A stretch of DNA of 64,000 bases from Octopus vulgaris (Eukaryota): the NCBI GenBank assembly GCA_951406725.2, contig OX597818.1, positions 98,456,001 to 98,520,000 on the forward strand, read 5' to 3'. Positions 13,910-28,100 of this stretch are shown here, one piece after another. The translations under genes and the position numbers were made by a program. Numbering within the stretch: the first letter of the stretch is position 1; each line of letters begins with the position of its first letter. The notes under the pieces are model-generated. The model was not told the origin of the DNA. It saw nothing but the letters and a program-made list of their open reading frames with translations, and ran no database searches.

Positions 13910-16306
13910 TTCACTATCAATTCTATCTCTCTCTGTCTTTACTCTCTCTATCTTTTCTCTCTTTCTCTGTGCTTGTTTATTTGGCTATTAAGTTTTGCTT
14001 TTTTTGTTATTTTGTTTGTTTATTCCCTCCGTTAATTTTGATTTTATTTTCCTACTAGTGGTCACATTTAGAATAGCTGTCTGTCCCCTTTATTAATTTA
14101 TGTTGTTATTTCATCATAATCCTGTTATCTTCTACTTCCTCTTCTGTCTGTAATTGTATTTGTTTGCTTATATAACTCAGCATCACAAAGACAATATTTT
14201 CTACAATCAGACTTTTATCATGGATTGGAAGATAGTTACATCATCAGACAAAATGCCTTTGCAGTATTTAGTTATTGATCTTTACATTCTGAGTTCAAAT
14301 CCCACTGAAGTCAACTTAGCCTTTAATATTTTGTGAGTTAATTAAACTCCCAGTCAAGATCTAATCAACTAACATTTTCCCCACAAATTTATGACCATTG
14401 CTTTTATGTTAGCAATTTGTCTTTGTATTTGTCCCCAGAAACCTTGCCCTTCTGGCAGATTCATTACTACACTACACAAAAAGTTTCACAGCATTTCATC
14501 TTGTCTTACATTCTGAGAGCCATTGAGATCAACTTTACCTTTCATCCTTTCAGGGTTGAACCCTGACATCAATGTAATTGACAAGACCCTCCTAACAAAA
14601 CTTCAGGCCTATAGTAGAAAGGATTATTATTATTGTTATTATTATCATCATCATCATCATCATCATCATTATCATTATTATTATTATTATTTTATTATTA
14701 CTATTATTATCATCATCTTATAATGTAAAACATTCCAGCCATGCCTACTCCATCTTTTATCCATATATGGAAATGTGAGATTATACAACATTCCCTTTTT
14801 GAATTAGTGGTAGTAGTAGTAAAAATTAATGATGATGACAAAGAGAATGGAAAGGATGATGATGATGGTATTGATGTGATGCACTTGTGATATAGAGGAG
14901 ATTAATCATCATACCAATAGTATGATGATTAATGTTGGAGAAAGAGCATTGACACTCATTAGTCTCTTGTTGTTTCTCTTGTAGCCTGGACAAGTGGACA
15001 ATTGGTGCCAGAAGTACCAAGCAATTCAGGTAAATATAACTTTATACACACACACACACCCACATTCTTTTATCTGTTCCTTTAATATTTGTTTTTCCAT
15101 GGTAACATGGATTGTTAGAATACACTTGTGAGGCATTCTTTTACAACCAGATGCCTTTCCGGATGTTAACCATTACCTATTTTTCTAGTTAATATAATAT
15201 ATATGTGTGTGTGCATACATACACACACATTTGTTGGAATTGATAACTTGAGAAGGAAATACTTTCTTTCCTTGTGGTCCTGAATGACATTCCCTAACCA
15301 TTTAACTTTTATTTCCTTGCCTGTATAATTTTGAACATCCGGAAACATGGTGGTTTTGTTGTTTTCTGAAATCTTTGCTTCATAAGTTTAGGTTTTAATT
15401 GCCTCATTTCTAAAGCTATTTCAGTATCAGGTAAAATACTTACAATTCTTCTTTTGTCATTCTAGGTTCCAACTGCAGTATTGGTCAAACACCAGATTGG
15501 TATTCCAACAGTGTACCAGGTACTATACCTTTATATATATATATATCCTCTATGTTTTGTGTAGATAAGAGTGCAATGTTTTTCAGCTGTGTACCTCTCT
15601 CTCTCTCTCTCTCTTACACACACACGTGTGCATGGATAAATGGTATATTGCTCTGTAGATTCTCCAATGTATTCTCAGTTATCAAACCAGAATAAATTGG
15701 AAACTTGATCCAGTATGTTCCTATTTGAGGAACCAGTAACAAATTGTGGATACTCCATCAGATAATAGGCCATCAGATCACTCTATCAAGTTGACTGACC
15801 AAATTTCATTTGATGACATAACAAAGGAGCCTCAACTTAAGTTACTTGTCCTACTGAAAATAGCATCTAAATCTCCATCAAATCACTACTGTATACTATA
15901 TAGTCTTAGATAAAAACCTGAAGAAAGAATGAACTCACTCACCAAGTACTTCTTCTATGCTCAATTTATGTGTTATTTTAGTTGTCTTAAAACAACAATT
16001 TAGACATGGACAAACCCCTGTTGTGTTTCACTCTTCGGTAAGTCTGATCGCTTAAAGAAAGAGACCTCATTACAGTCAGTAGAACAGTTAGAAACAGCAG
16101 CCAAATTTCACTCATATCATATACTAGTGTTGTAACAAAGAAATGACACAATATTTTCAAATATAGGTGCAGGAGTGGCTGTGTGATAAGTAGCTGGGTT
16201 CAGTCCCACTGCGTGGCACCTTGGGCAAGTGTCTTCTACTATGGCCTCAGGCCGACCAAAGCTTTGTGAGTGGATTTGGTAGACGGAAACTGAAAGAAGC
16301 CTGTCG

Positions 16307-16343
<37 letters not shown>

Positions 16344-17219
16344 GTTTGTGTGTCTATGTCTGTTCCCCAACATCGCTTAACAACCGATGCTGATGTGTTT
16401 ACAACCCCGTAACTTAGTGGTTTGGCAAAAGGGACTGATAGAATAAGAACTAGGCTTACAAAGAATAAGCCCTGGGGTTGATTTCTTCGACTAAAAGTGG
16501 TGCTCCAGCATGGCCACAGATTCTCCAATGTAGATTCTCCAATGTATTCTCAGTTATCAAACCAGAATAAATTGGAAACTTGAAATGTTTGAAAAGATAA
16601 GCCTCCCCAAAATTGAATGGATAGACTTTAAATGCCTTTGATCAGAGGTCTGCTCAAGTAGGACTGACCTAATTAACTGAATGATAAGCATCGCTCATTT
16701 ATTCCACATTTGACAGCAATTTGCATCATGAGGAAACAGCTTTGGCCCAATTGACATCCAATATACTTGTTAGGAAAATACAAGCCAATGTTGTAATTAG
16801 TATAAGGACGAGGAAGAATAAAATACTATTAGAGTAATTAAAGATGTAAAAAAAAAGCTCAAAACAACTCTTAATTGAAAACAGTGAATTAAATAAGTTG
16901 ATTAATTAATAAAACAAAAGCAAAAGATTTGTTTGTTTGCACTGGTGCCATGAAAAAGAACTCAGTACAATTTGTATAGAGGTTGGCATTAGGAAGGCTA
17001 TCCAACTGTAGAAACCACAGCAAAGTGGACACTGGAACATGATGCAGTCCCCAGGCCACTTGGCTCCTGCAAACTGTGCAACCCATAGCAGCATGGAAGA
17101 TCAATGTTAAAAGATGACGATGATGTTGTTTATGCACACATGTATATTATATATATACAGGAGTGTGTGCTTATGTGTATATAATATATATGTATACATG
17201 TATGTGTGTGTATATGTGT

Positions 17220-17263
<44 letters not shown>

Positions 17264-17451
17264 ATAGGGAGAGTTTATGAAAAAACAAAAGACGAAAACA
17301 GGTGGTGTACAAAACAAATAGATGTATTAGTATAACACTCAGGAATAGAAAAAAGTCTTTTACGTTTCGAGCTTACGCTCTTCTACAGAAAGGGATACAG
17401 AAAAAAACAAGGAGAGAAAAAAAATGTGTGTACTGGCTAACTATATATATT

Positions 17452-17495
<44 letters not shown>

Positions 17496-19861
17496 TCTGT
17501 GTGTACACATATAAATATATCTCTCTCTATATAAACGGCAGTTTGTCTGTGCGTGTTTCTGTGTGTCTGTTTTCTCGTACCCTCACTCTGACCACGGCTT
17601 TCTACCGATTCTGATGAAACTTGACACACACATAGCCCAATGTCATAATTCAAAACTAACGCAGCGAAAATTTTGAAAAGTTCCCCCAGTTCTGAAAAAA
17701 ATCGATAAATTCGACATGGGGTCGAGAATGAGAAACCCAAACCACAGACCGTCTAGGGGACGCAACTCCACCTGTTTTAACTCTCAAAAAAAATTTACCA
17801 TCATTTTTTTTCCATTTTTTTGCTATTTTTTGGCTATAACTCTCTAAAAATGCTTTATAGTTATTTCCCTTACAAACCTGAGCAACGCCGGGCGATACTG
17901 CTAGTATATATTAAAATGCAAAAGGAAAAGATAACCATAAATGAAATGAAAATAGAATTAAATCAATGCAGTGATGTCATCGTTTACCAGACATTTATTT
18001 TTGTTGTTGTTCTTTGTTATTATAATTAATCTAATGCAGTCTATGATGCAATTAGCTATGTATGCAAGTGTCCATATGTGTAGCGTATGAGATTTTGCGT
18101 TTGTATATGTTTGTGTGAGTGAATTAGCATTGTGTGACTTTTATTGTGTGTGTGTGTGTGTGTTTATATATGCATATATGTGTGTGTGTGGTATGTGTGT
18201 GTGAGTGTTTGTGTGAGCTTATGAGTATAGATGAGCTTGTGTGAGAATATACAAGTATGATATATGTAGGTGTGTATATGAATCTATTATTTGTGATTAT
18301 GTGCATGAGTGTGTGTGTGTGTGTGTGTTTGTGTCTTTCAAGATTTCCTAAACACTGACCTATAGTGTAAGCACATTGTTTGGGATGGTCTCACATAGAC
18401 ATAGTTATAAGGTGAGCAACCAACAACAATCTCCTCTTTCTCTCTCTCTTACTTACGTTTTCTAATATATCTCTGTCTCTTGTTTTTCTCACAACAGAGC
18501 CAGTCTGCTACATGTCACTGGAATCTATCATGCCATGTAAGTACAGCTGTGTCTTTTTCTTTTTTTTATGTTCTTTTGTCACATTCTCTTTTTTTTAAAA
18601 CATTTTTCCTTCCTATTTTAGTCTTTTCTTTTTGAATTTTTTTTTTCTATTTTACATTTCTCTTTTCTCTTTTATTGTAAATCTTTTCATCTCACCTCAC
18701 ATATTTTGATGTCCTTTTGTAAGGGACATCAATAGAATCAATATTTATCTCATCTCAACACAAATATAATCCATCAATGGTGGTGGGACAGTGTGTGTGT
18801 GTGTGTATGTATGACATGACTCAGTCATATTTTTTTCTTTGAGTAATTTGCTCTGTTGAACTTTATCTTAGGATTCAAACTTTGTAAAAGGTCTTTAAAA
18901 CAATGAAACCTACTTAGAATTGGGTCACTGGTGATAAACCAATTACATTGTATGTTACATGACACACTGTGCAGAGTGGGTGGATAAGGTAACATGTAAA
19001 AGACTTTAAAGGAATATAAAAATAACAATCTTCCTACATCATGTTTTGAAAAGCATGCATCTGTAGGCATTCATCTAAAACTAAAACACTTATATGCATA
19101 GGTGCAAGCATGGATGTGTAGTAAGAATTTTGCTTCCCAACCACATGGTTCTGGGTTCAATCTCACCATGTTGCACTTTGGGGAAATGTTTTCCATGGTA
19201 GCCACAGTGGATTTGTTAGATGGAAGCTGAAAGGAGCCTGTCATATACACATATATACGTACACGTGCGTGTGCGTATCTAAATGTGCATGTCTTTATGC
19301 TTGTGTCTGTCTCCTACCACTGTTTGACCACCAGTATTGGTTTGTTTACATCCCCATAGCATTAGTGGTTCAAGAACAAGAGATGGTAGGATAAGTATCA
19401 GGCTTGAGAATACAAGCACTGGGGTCAGTTTATTTGATTAAAACCCTTCAAGGTGTTACCGTAGCATGGCCACATCGATAATATAAAACTCTGCTGCCTT
19501 TCTCTATTATCTCCTTCTTGTCATATGCAATCTGAAGAAGGGCTGTCTGAAACATTGATTTCCCACTCTCCAACGTGTTCTTTCTGCCACTTTAAAAAAA
19601 ATATAATACACATCTTTCTGATGCAGACCACCAAACACACAGCTGTGTTTGTGTGTGAAATATGAGATAGCATAGCATCTGAATCGACAGCAGAGTAACC
19701 AATTGCTTCCTCACAAATGTCCTTTATATCTGATATGTAACTTCAATGTATTTGAAGGATGCAGTTTGGTTTACAATGTCTTTTATGTTTCTCTTCCACA
19801 GCAGCAAGAAGCACCAATTCTTCGCCTGCATCCACAACGGGTTCTTTTGCACCAAGTAAGT

Positions 19862-19892
<31 letters not shown>

Positions 19893-22800
19893 AATATTTG
19901 TGTGTGCATGGAATATAAGTGTGTAATTGTCTGCACTCATAATGTATGAAGGAAGTGAGTATGTGGGTTTTATGTATGGGTGTGTGGACATGTATATATG
20001 TGTGTGTGAGAGAGAGAGAGCGATTGATTGTGTGTGTGTGTGTGTGTGAGACTTAAATCCAAAAAGTGACAAATAGTAACAAAAATATAAAGAAGATAAA
20101 ACAGAGGCATGATGTTTAGAGGTTTTCTTGCTGACTCCACAACTCCCGATTATTTTAGTCTAACTGATCGCTCCAAGTACCTACTTTTCTATGACATCAC
20201 TGCACTTCCTTCGGTACAAAAATCATCATTTTGTGATACAGAATGATGCTACTAAGTGGGTGAGATGATATCCTGAAATCATGATCATCATCACAGTTCT
20301 AACATCCATGTTTCCATGCTTGCATGAGTCAGATGGAATACTTTTAGACAGATTCTCTGCAGCCATATACCTTTCATGTCATCAATACTCTCCATAAATG
20401 TGTGAACAAAATTCCTAGCAGGTGCAAACCCAATTTTTCAAGAGGATACTCAAAGTGTTTTTATTGCCCCAACCAAATTTATGGGGGAGCACTTGCATCC
20501 CCTGTTCTTGAACCTATGATACTCTCCTATTTCCTAGCATATTTTTGCTTGTTTTTCATGAAAGACTAGATAGAAATAAACAGCATCACTTGTTCATTTA
20601 CATTTCTCTTGTGATGTCAAGTAAAGGGGACTCACATACATACACACATGACAGGCTGTGGTAAATTTCTTGCAGTTTCCATCTACAAAATCCACTCACA
20701 GCGTAGACATTTGTCCAAGGTGCTGCTCAGTGGGATTGAACCAGAAACCATAAATTTGTGAAGGGAAGCTTCTTAGCCATACCCCCATGCTTGCAGCCAA
20801 ATTATTATAAGTATTACATGATATTTACTGTCTTGTTCTATCTTTTTCAGCTTACAACAGTTACCCACCTTCGATGGCATCTAACCCAAGCTTCTTTGAT
20901 CCCAGTAAGTGTCTTAGTATCACTCTTATCACCCCTGTCCTACATATTTCTTTATGATTTGTTATTATATTTAGTTTCTTCAGCCCTCATCATCTCTGTG
21001 TTAGAACAATATCTAAAATATCTATTTTTAAACTCCTGTAGTGTACATGTATCTGTGCGTTTGTGTGAATACTTACATTCTGAGCTAAGCTAAGCTATGG
21101 GCAGTAATGCTTGTTACCATTTCCTCAGCAACAACCTGACCCTTAATGCAGTGCTTTTGAAGACAAATGGAATGAAAACTCCCTTTCAAAGCAATTTGTT
21201 TAATTCAAGCTAGCATGCAAAAATCAAAGGAAAGAACAAACAAACGCATGTACGTACATACGTTGTACGTACATATACATATATATATGATGGGCTTCTT
21301 TCAGTTTCCATCTACCAAATCCACTCACAAGGGTTTGGTTGGTCTGAGGCCATAGTAGAAGACACCTGCCCAAGGTGCCACGCAGTGGAATTGAACCCGG
21401 AACCATGTGGTTGGTAAGCAAGCTACTTACCACACAGCGACTCTTGTGCCTATATATATATATATTTATACATCTTTTTTTTTTCTTTTTTTTGCTACAG
21501 CTAGTACATCAAGATGTACCCCATCACCATCTTATGAAAATAACAATGTAAGCAACGTCAACAACAACCACAACAGCAACATTACCAACAACATTCTCAG
21601 CGGCAGTAACAACTGCAGCCCAAGCAACAACACATTAATAAATAAGAAACAAAGATCGTGTAAGAAAATCTCTGGTAAGTTCACTTATCAATCTTCCACA
21701 TTGATGTTATATTTATCATCATGATGAATGATGTTGTTGCCATAGTGATATCATCATCATTGTCATCATCAAATGATTTCAATTGGAATACATTTTCACA
21801 CCTCAGAATGCTTAGTTATCCCTAAGGGCAGAACTTCGACCTCACGGGCTTATGATCTCTTATTACTTTTAAATGATGTACTCAAGATGTCTTTATCCAA
21901 AGATCCAAAGTGCCTGGTGGCAAAGTGTGGTTTGGAGGTAATTTGGGCACTATTTTTAGCATGTGGACACCACACAAACCAACAACTTATTGCTTTGTGT
22001 AATATCCACGATGTTCAGTCTCATATCACCTCTGACTGAGCTGGCATATGACCAAGGTGATATGGTGCTGATGCTATGTTAAAATCACCCAGTACACCGT
22101 AAAATGGTTGGTATCAGCAAGGGCATCCAGCTATTGGAAACATGCCAAAACAGACAGTAGCACTTGGTGCAGTCTTCCGACCTGGTAGTACTTTTAAACC
22201 ATCCAACCCATGCCAGCATGGAAAATGGATATCAAATGATGATGATATATGTGTGTGTGTGTGCATTATTATTGTTTAGCCCCGAGTTGTCACAGATATC
22301 AAATAAACCTATGATCAAGTACATTCATACCACAATCATCTGTCTTTTTCCAAGAATAGTGTTACGGGGGGGGGGGGAAGCTACATTATTTCAACTTGTC
22401 CTCTCCTTTTCATGATGAAATAGAATTGTATGTTGTTCTGGTCTGTGTAGTTGAAATCCATTGTTCTGCCAATATATAGGTGTGTCTAAATATAGGTTGA
22501 AGGTAGCTTAATCACATAGATTACACTGTCAACGTCTATGGACAATGTCTGTCCAATAGACATTCTGAAACACCTGTTTATCTCTTTAATATCAATTAGC
22601 AACCTGTGTGTTTAGTTGTATGTATGTGTGTACATTATATATATATATATAAGATACAAATTAGCGATAAAACCACTATTATGCAACTCAAACAGTGATA
22701 GACATAAACCAATACATAAATAACAAATAATATAATAATTATTATATTATATATTGATCATTCATTTTTATACTTTCTGAGATCTAGTTATAAGTTATAT

Positions 22801-22961
22801 GTTTTATAAAAATATATATTATTTGTTATTTATGTATTGGTTTATGTCTATCACTGTTTGAGTTGCATAATAGTGGTTTTATCTCTAATTTATATTTTAT
22901 ATATTTATACTGTGAATAAATTGAATTTTCCCCAGTAAGTTTGGAGTTATACTCCCTATTA

Positions 22962-23033
<72 letters not shown>

Positions 23034-23650
23034 TATATACACATATGTATATATATATATATATATATATAGATATATATATATACATATGTGTATGTGT
23101 TTGTGCAATATTTGGATCGATAATTTTTTCCTGTTACCCTCTAAAATTTGAGTCTATCAACTAGATTGTTTCTATAAGCACGTGTTCGTTTGTGTGTATG
23201 TGTCCGCACGTACATATATAGGTGTGTGGTAGTTTCTATAAGTGTCTTCCTGTCAACGACAGGGCTTCTACATACTCACCCAACCAGCTAAAAATAGCAG
23301 CCAAACTTCTCTCAGATCACACCAACGTTATATAAGAAAGGGAACATAGAACAATGTAGTCCTCGACACACAGGACCATAGCAAATAATGGATGAATGGG
23401 AAGGCCGTTCGCTACCCACCTCGGATTTAATGTGTAAAAGGGCACAGCATTTCCGAATTGGTTCCGGGTTTACTAATGTGATATTATAAGATTTTATTAC
23501 ATTGCGATTTTATTTTAGGCTTGTATAAGGCGGTAATTCTTTGTTATTGTCAATAAGTGCGCAGTGAGTCACAAAACAAATAATTAAGACATTTTAGATG
23601 TGGGGGCTGTCAGAGGTGTCTTTACCCTCTCTCGGGCGCTAACCCCGTTG

Positions 23651-23685
<35 letters not shown>

Positions 23686-25065
23686 AAAAAAAAACACGGG
23701 ATGGTCACGGCTGAAAAGCTTTTTATCACAGGTCTGTCTACTCGATCAGGGCTGACCTGAGACTAAACAAGTGTACTTAATCACCCGCGCCCTCATACAT
23801 ATAAATATACAAACACACACAGACGTACAAGCATTCACGTACACTTCACTTATTTTATATTACTCTGGTACACAAAAAATATTTTCAGTATTTAAACATT
23901 CTGATACACACACACACACACACACACAGTGAATTGAGTAAATAGTTTTTAAAAACAACTGTATCTATTGGAGGAAAAAAGAATAAAACTAAAAGTAAAA
24001 ATACTTCTTTGCTGACATCGTGGGTGTAGATGGAACAAAAGCCACCGTGTTGTCACTGATAAGGGAGTGTGAGAATGAAAGGAGAAGAAAGAAAGATGTA
24101 AAAAAACCGGAAGAAACACGAAATTGTGGTTACAATTTGACTCATCAAATGATGTTTGGTATGTCATAACCAGGGGACGTCACTCTGCTATTACTAGTGT
24201 ACTATAACTTACACGATAACGGCCCTTATTAATTCAGCTTATAATTTGGCTACCACAGAATTGTGATAGACATTACGAATTGCAGTATATACCTTTAAGG
24301 CCTAAGATCAAATCCTACTAGGGTTGCATTGTATTCCATCTATCAGGAACAGAGAAAATGTGTATTCCTAATATACTGAAAGCTGATTATATTTTTCTTT
24401 GCGACAATGTAACATAATGATTCCCTGATGGGCTTTGTGTTGCTACCTCCTTTTTGAAACCCCTCTCTTTCAATTCTCCAATTGAGTTCTCTTCCATTTG
24501 TTTTACTTAGGAAACATTGAAACTGTAGTTTGGAATTGGGATGGCTTGTGTACTTATACACAAGTACTGGGCTTACAAGTACTGGGCTTACAAAGAATAA
24601 GTCCCGGGGTCGATTTGCTCGACTAAAGGCAGTGCTCCAGCATGGCCGCAGTCAAATGACTGAAACAAGTAAAAAGAGTATACCTTGCTATCTTATGGCT
24701 AGCATTAAGCTCAGTTTTTCCTTTTGGTTTCAAATTTCGGCGCCCCCCCACCACAAAAAAAAAGAAACAGCAATTGCAGAGGACGGGAATAGCAAATCAA
24801 ATTAACCCCAGTACTCAACTGGTATTTATTTAACGACCTCAAAAGTATGAACTCACAACATAAAGATGAACGAAATGCTAGCACCATTTTGCCCAATTCT
24901 ATCAGTTCACTGCCTTATCGGTCATTTTTTAATATTAATCTGCTTCTATGCTTTTTTGGGTTTTTCATTTCCACATGTTTTTTTTTAATTATATTTTCTA
25001 AATATCAGTATGGCTGGTCCTAGTTCAATTCTTTAGGCTTTAGATCTGTTTATAATAACAACAAC

Positions 25066-25110
<45 letters not shown>

Positions 25111-28100
25111 TATTATTATTATTATTATTATTATAATTATTATTATGATAATAATCCTTTCTACTAAAGGCACAAAGCTTGCAATTTGGGGGAAGGGTGC
25201 TAGTCGATTATATTGATCCCTGTTCTTGATCATGAAAGGATAATAATAATAATAATAATCCTTTCTACTGGAAGCACAAGAGGAAGGGAATGCGTTGATT
25301 ACATCAGCCCCAGTGCATAACTGGTACTTATCTAATCAACCCCGAAAGGATGAAAGGCAAAGTCGACCTCAGTGGAATTTGAACTCAGAACATTGTGGCA
25401 GACGAAATACCACTAAGCATTTCACCTGGCATGCTAACAATGCTGCCAGCTAACCGCCTTCAATAATAATAATAATAACAATAATAATAATAATAATAAG
25501 TAGTAGTAGTAGTAGTAACTGTCCTTTTGGTATGCATTTCTATCTGATCTCTGCAGCTTACTAGAGCAAAGTATTGAACAGAGTTCTGTAAAAGTTAATT
25601 TGAACTGAGTCATCTGACACTGAATACCATCCTTTCAGTTTTATTGATGTAACAGGACATAATTGTTACATAGTAGCCACTTCTAACTTCAAACTGGCTT
25701 CCGATTTTTTTTCTGAGTCATTAGTTTAATAGGATGTTACTTCATTGATTGAATGCACAGCCTGTTAATCTGTTGCTCAGAGATATATAAATATAAATTT
25801 GAGATATGTATATAATAAATTAGTTATGATCTTGTTGTTATTGCCTTGTCAATAAATTATCTATTTGCTAAGCGCTTTCAAAGATGCATGGGTTAAGGCA
25901 TCTCTTACTTGACAAAAAGTTAAAGGTTTGGGGGCTGGGAAGGCATCAGGTTACAAAACAACTCCTTGATAATTATTTACATTATTTACATTCGATGGAT
26001 ATTTCTCCTCATCTTGTTTGTTGTTAACACAACATTTCCCCAAGACACCTGAAGAAGGCTGGAGGGTATATCGGCCGAAATGTTGTGTTAACAACAAACA
26101 AGATGAGGACAAATATCTGTTGAATGTAAATAATGTAAATAATGTACATACTTCCTCATCTCTTAAATATAGAACTGTAACACCTTGATAATATATCTGT
26201 TTATGGTTAGCAGCAGGAAAAGCAACTTGCTGTAAACAATGCCTCGATAATATACTTATCTAACCCATGCTATAATAGAAAAACGTATATAAAGTGGAAT
26301 CTTGAGAAGACTGATGTTTCTTCATTCCTAATATCTTCATATTCTGGCAAAAACAAAAGTAAGAAAATAAAGAAAAAGCTTACTGTAAACTTCAGTTTTA
26401 AATCATTAACTGTTTTAGTTGAAGTCTTTAGTATGTTGTTTTAGACAAAGACACTGTACAGACAATATTAAAAGAATGAAGCTTAGAATTTAATGGCTTA
26501 TAGTATTTGCTAGCTCTAGGGAGCAGGAACTGTTGTAGCAATTATAGAAATGACAAAGAGCTTATACAGAATTATTTATGTGGGAGTGATTACATTAATG
26601 TGTTAAGGAGTGTAGGTTTGCTAATCAGTCAGATTTGGATGTTAGTGTAAGAGCTGCTACATCCCTGATAGGTTAGTTGTAGAGTTGTGTATGATTCACT
26701 TATATTTTATGAAAGAGTTGTAGCTGTTCTCAGCTAGAATAGTTACTGGTTTTGAAGAGAAAGTCTATCTTTGGAGATACACTTTTTACATTTGGCAGAT
26801 GTATGTGATTATTATGAGAAATTGCAATTGTACAAAAGTCTAATTGACTTGGTATTGAGTACTTCACTGACAAGTTTGTGGGAAAGGTGTTTTAGTGGGG
26901 TTTTATTTTTTAGCAACTGTACTGGTTCTGCTACCCTTTGCTATTAAACTCTTTAATGATAACTGTAGACAAGTATCTACTTATGTGTTTCATAAATAAT
27001 TTAAATATAAACTTGAGTAGCTATTGTCATCTTTTCCTGAAACTATGATTATGAAATTATCAACACAATAGCTTACACTATCATCAAACAGTCTGAGAGA
27101 CAATTCTAAAAGTACTGTAAAATATTATTGTCTCCCAAAATTTATACATTCACACATGCATCAATCATCATCATCCTCACCACCACCACCACTACAAATT
27201 CTTTCAGACAGAATTTGTTCAGGCAGATTTTCTATGATTGGATGCCCTTCTTCTTGCCGACATTAATCCGTTTTCAAGCAAGGTTATCTCTCATGGTCAG
27301 ATATTTTCTCCATGGAAGATTGGAAATAAACAACCTCACTTGTCTGGTGGTGATGCTCGTTTACAGCTGCAATATGATGTCAGAGAGAAAATGTATTTTA
27401 TCTGTTTTCTTTCTTCATTTCTTTCTGTAGAAGAGCATAGGCTCAAAATGTCGAAATCTTTTCTATTTTTCCTGAGCATCAAACTAATACACCTTGTTCA
27501 TTGTCCCTTCACCTGTCTCTGTCTTTTTTTTTTCTTTTTGTACAACTTGAACCATATATATAATGTATAACAGACTTCTTCTAGTTTCTGTCTTACAAAT
27601 CCACTCACAAAGCTTTGGTTGGCCTAGGGGTATAGTAGAAGACAGTGGGACTAAATTTACGACCACATGGCTGAAAAGCAGGCTTTTTAACCACACAGAC
27701 ACAGCAGCATACAAAAAAATTGCTTCCATGAATTATGTACAATGCTGTATGTTCAAAAGAGGAAAAAACTATATAAATTATTATTTAATACATAAATTAA
27801 AATTTAAAAACAATTTAATAATTTTGCACTTGCTTTTATTAACATGATTACTTTTTTTTTTTATTTCAGAAGAAAGTCCTGACAAAATCTGTGGCATGAC
27901 GTTCCAACAATTAATGTCGCATATTCCAGGTAAGGGAATATTCTATATCACCAGTGATTAAAGAACAATTTTGTTTAGTCTCTAGAACACTGTTCCTTTA
28001 ATTAGAAAAAAGATGATCAGTGTTAATTATGTTGGTTTCATGCATTGTTTTGCTCCTTATATTTGCTTATTGTGTATTATAGATTTAATATAGAGTTATA

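Noticed and set aside
19529-19560. CTGAAGAAGGGCTGTCTGAAACATT, another hammerhead-like string in sense orientation
   Set aside because: Stems I and II are too weak to support a call; at best a decayed pLTR.
25065-25155. (AAT)n followed by (ATT)n forming a hairpin and a poly-Ile ORF
   Set aside because: Simple-repeat SINE tails; no evidence of function.
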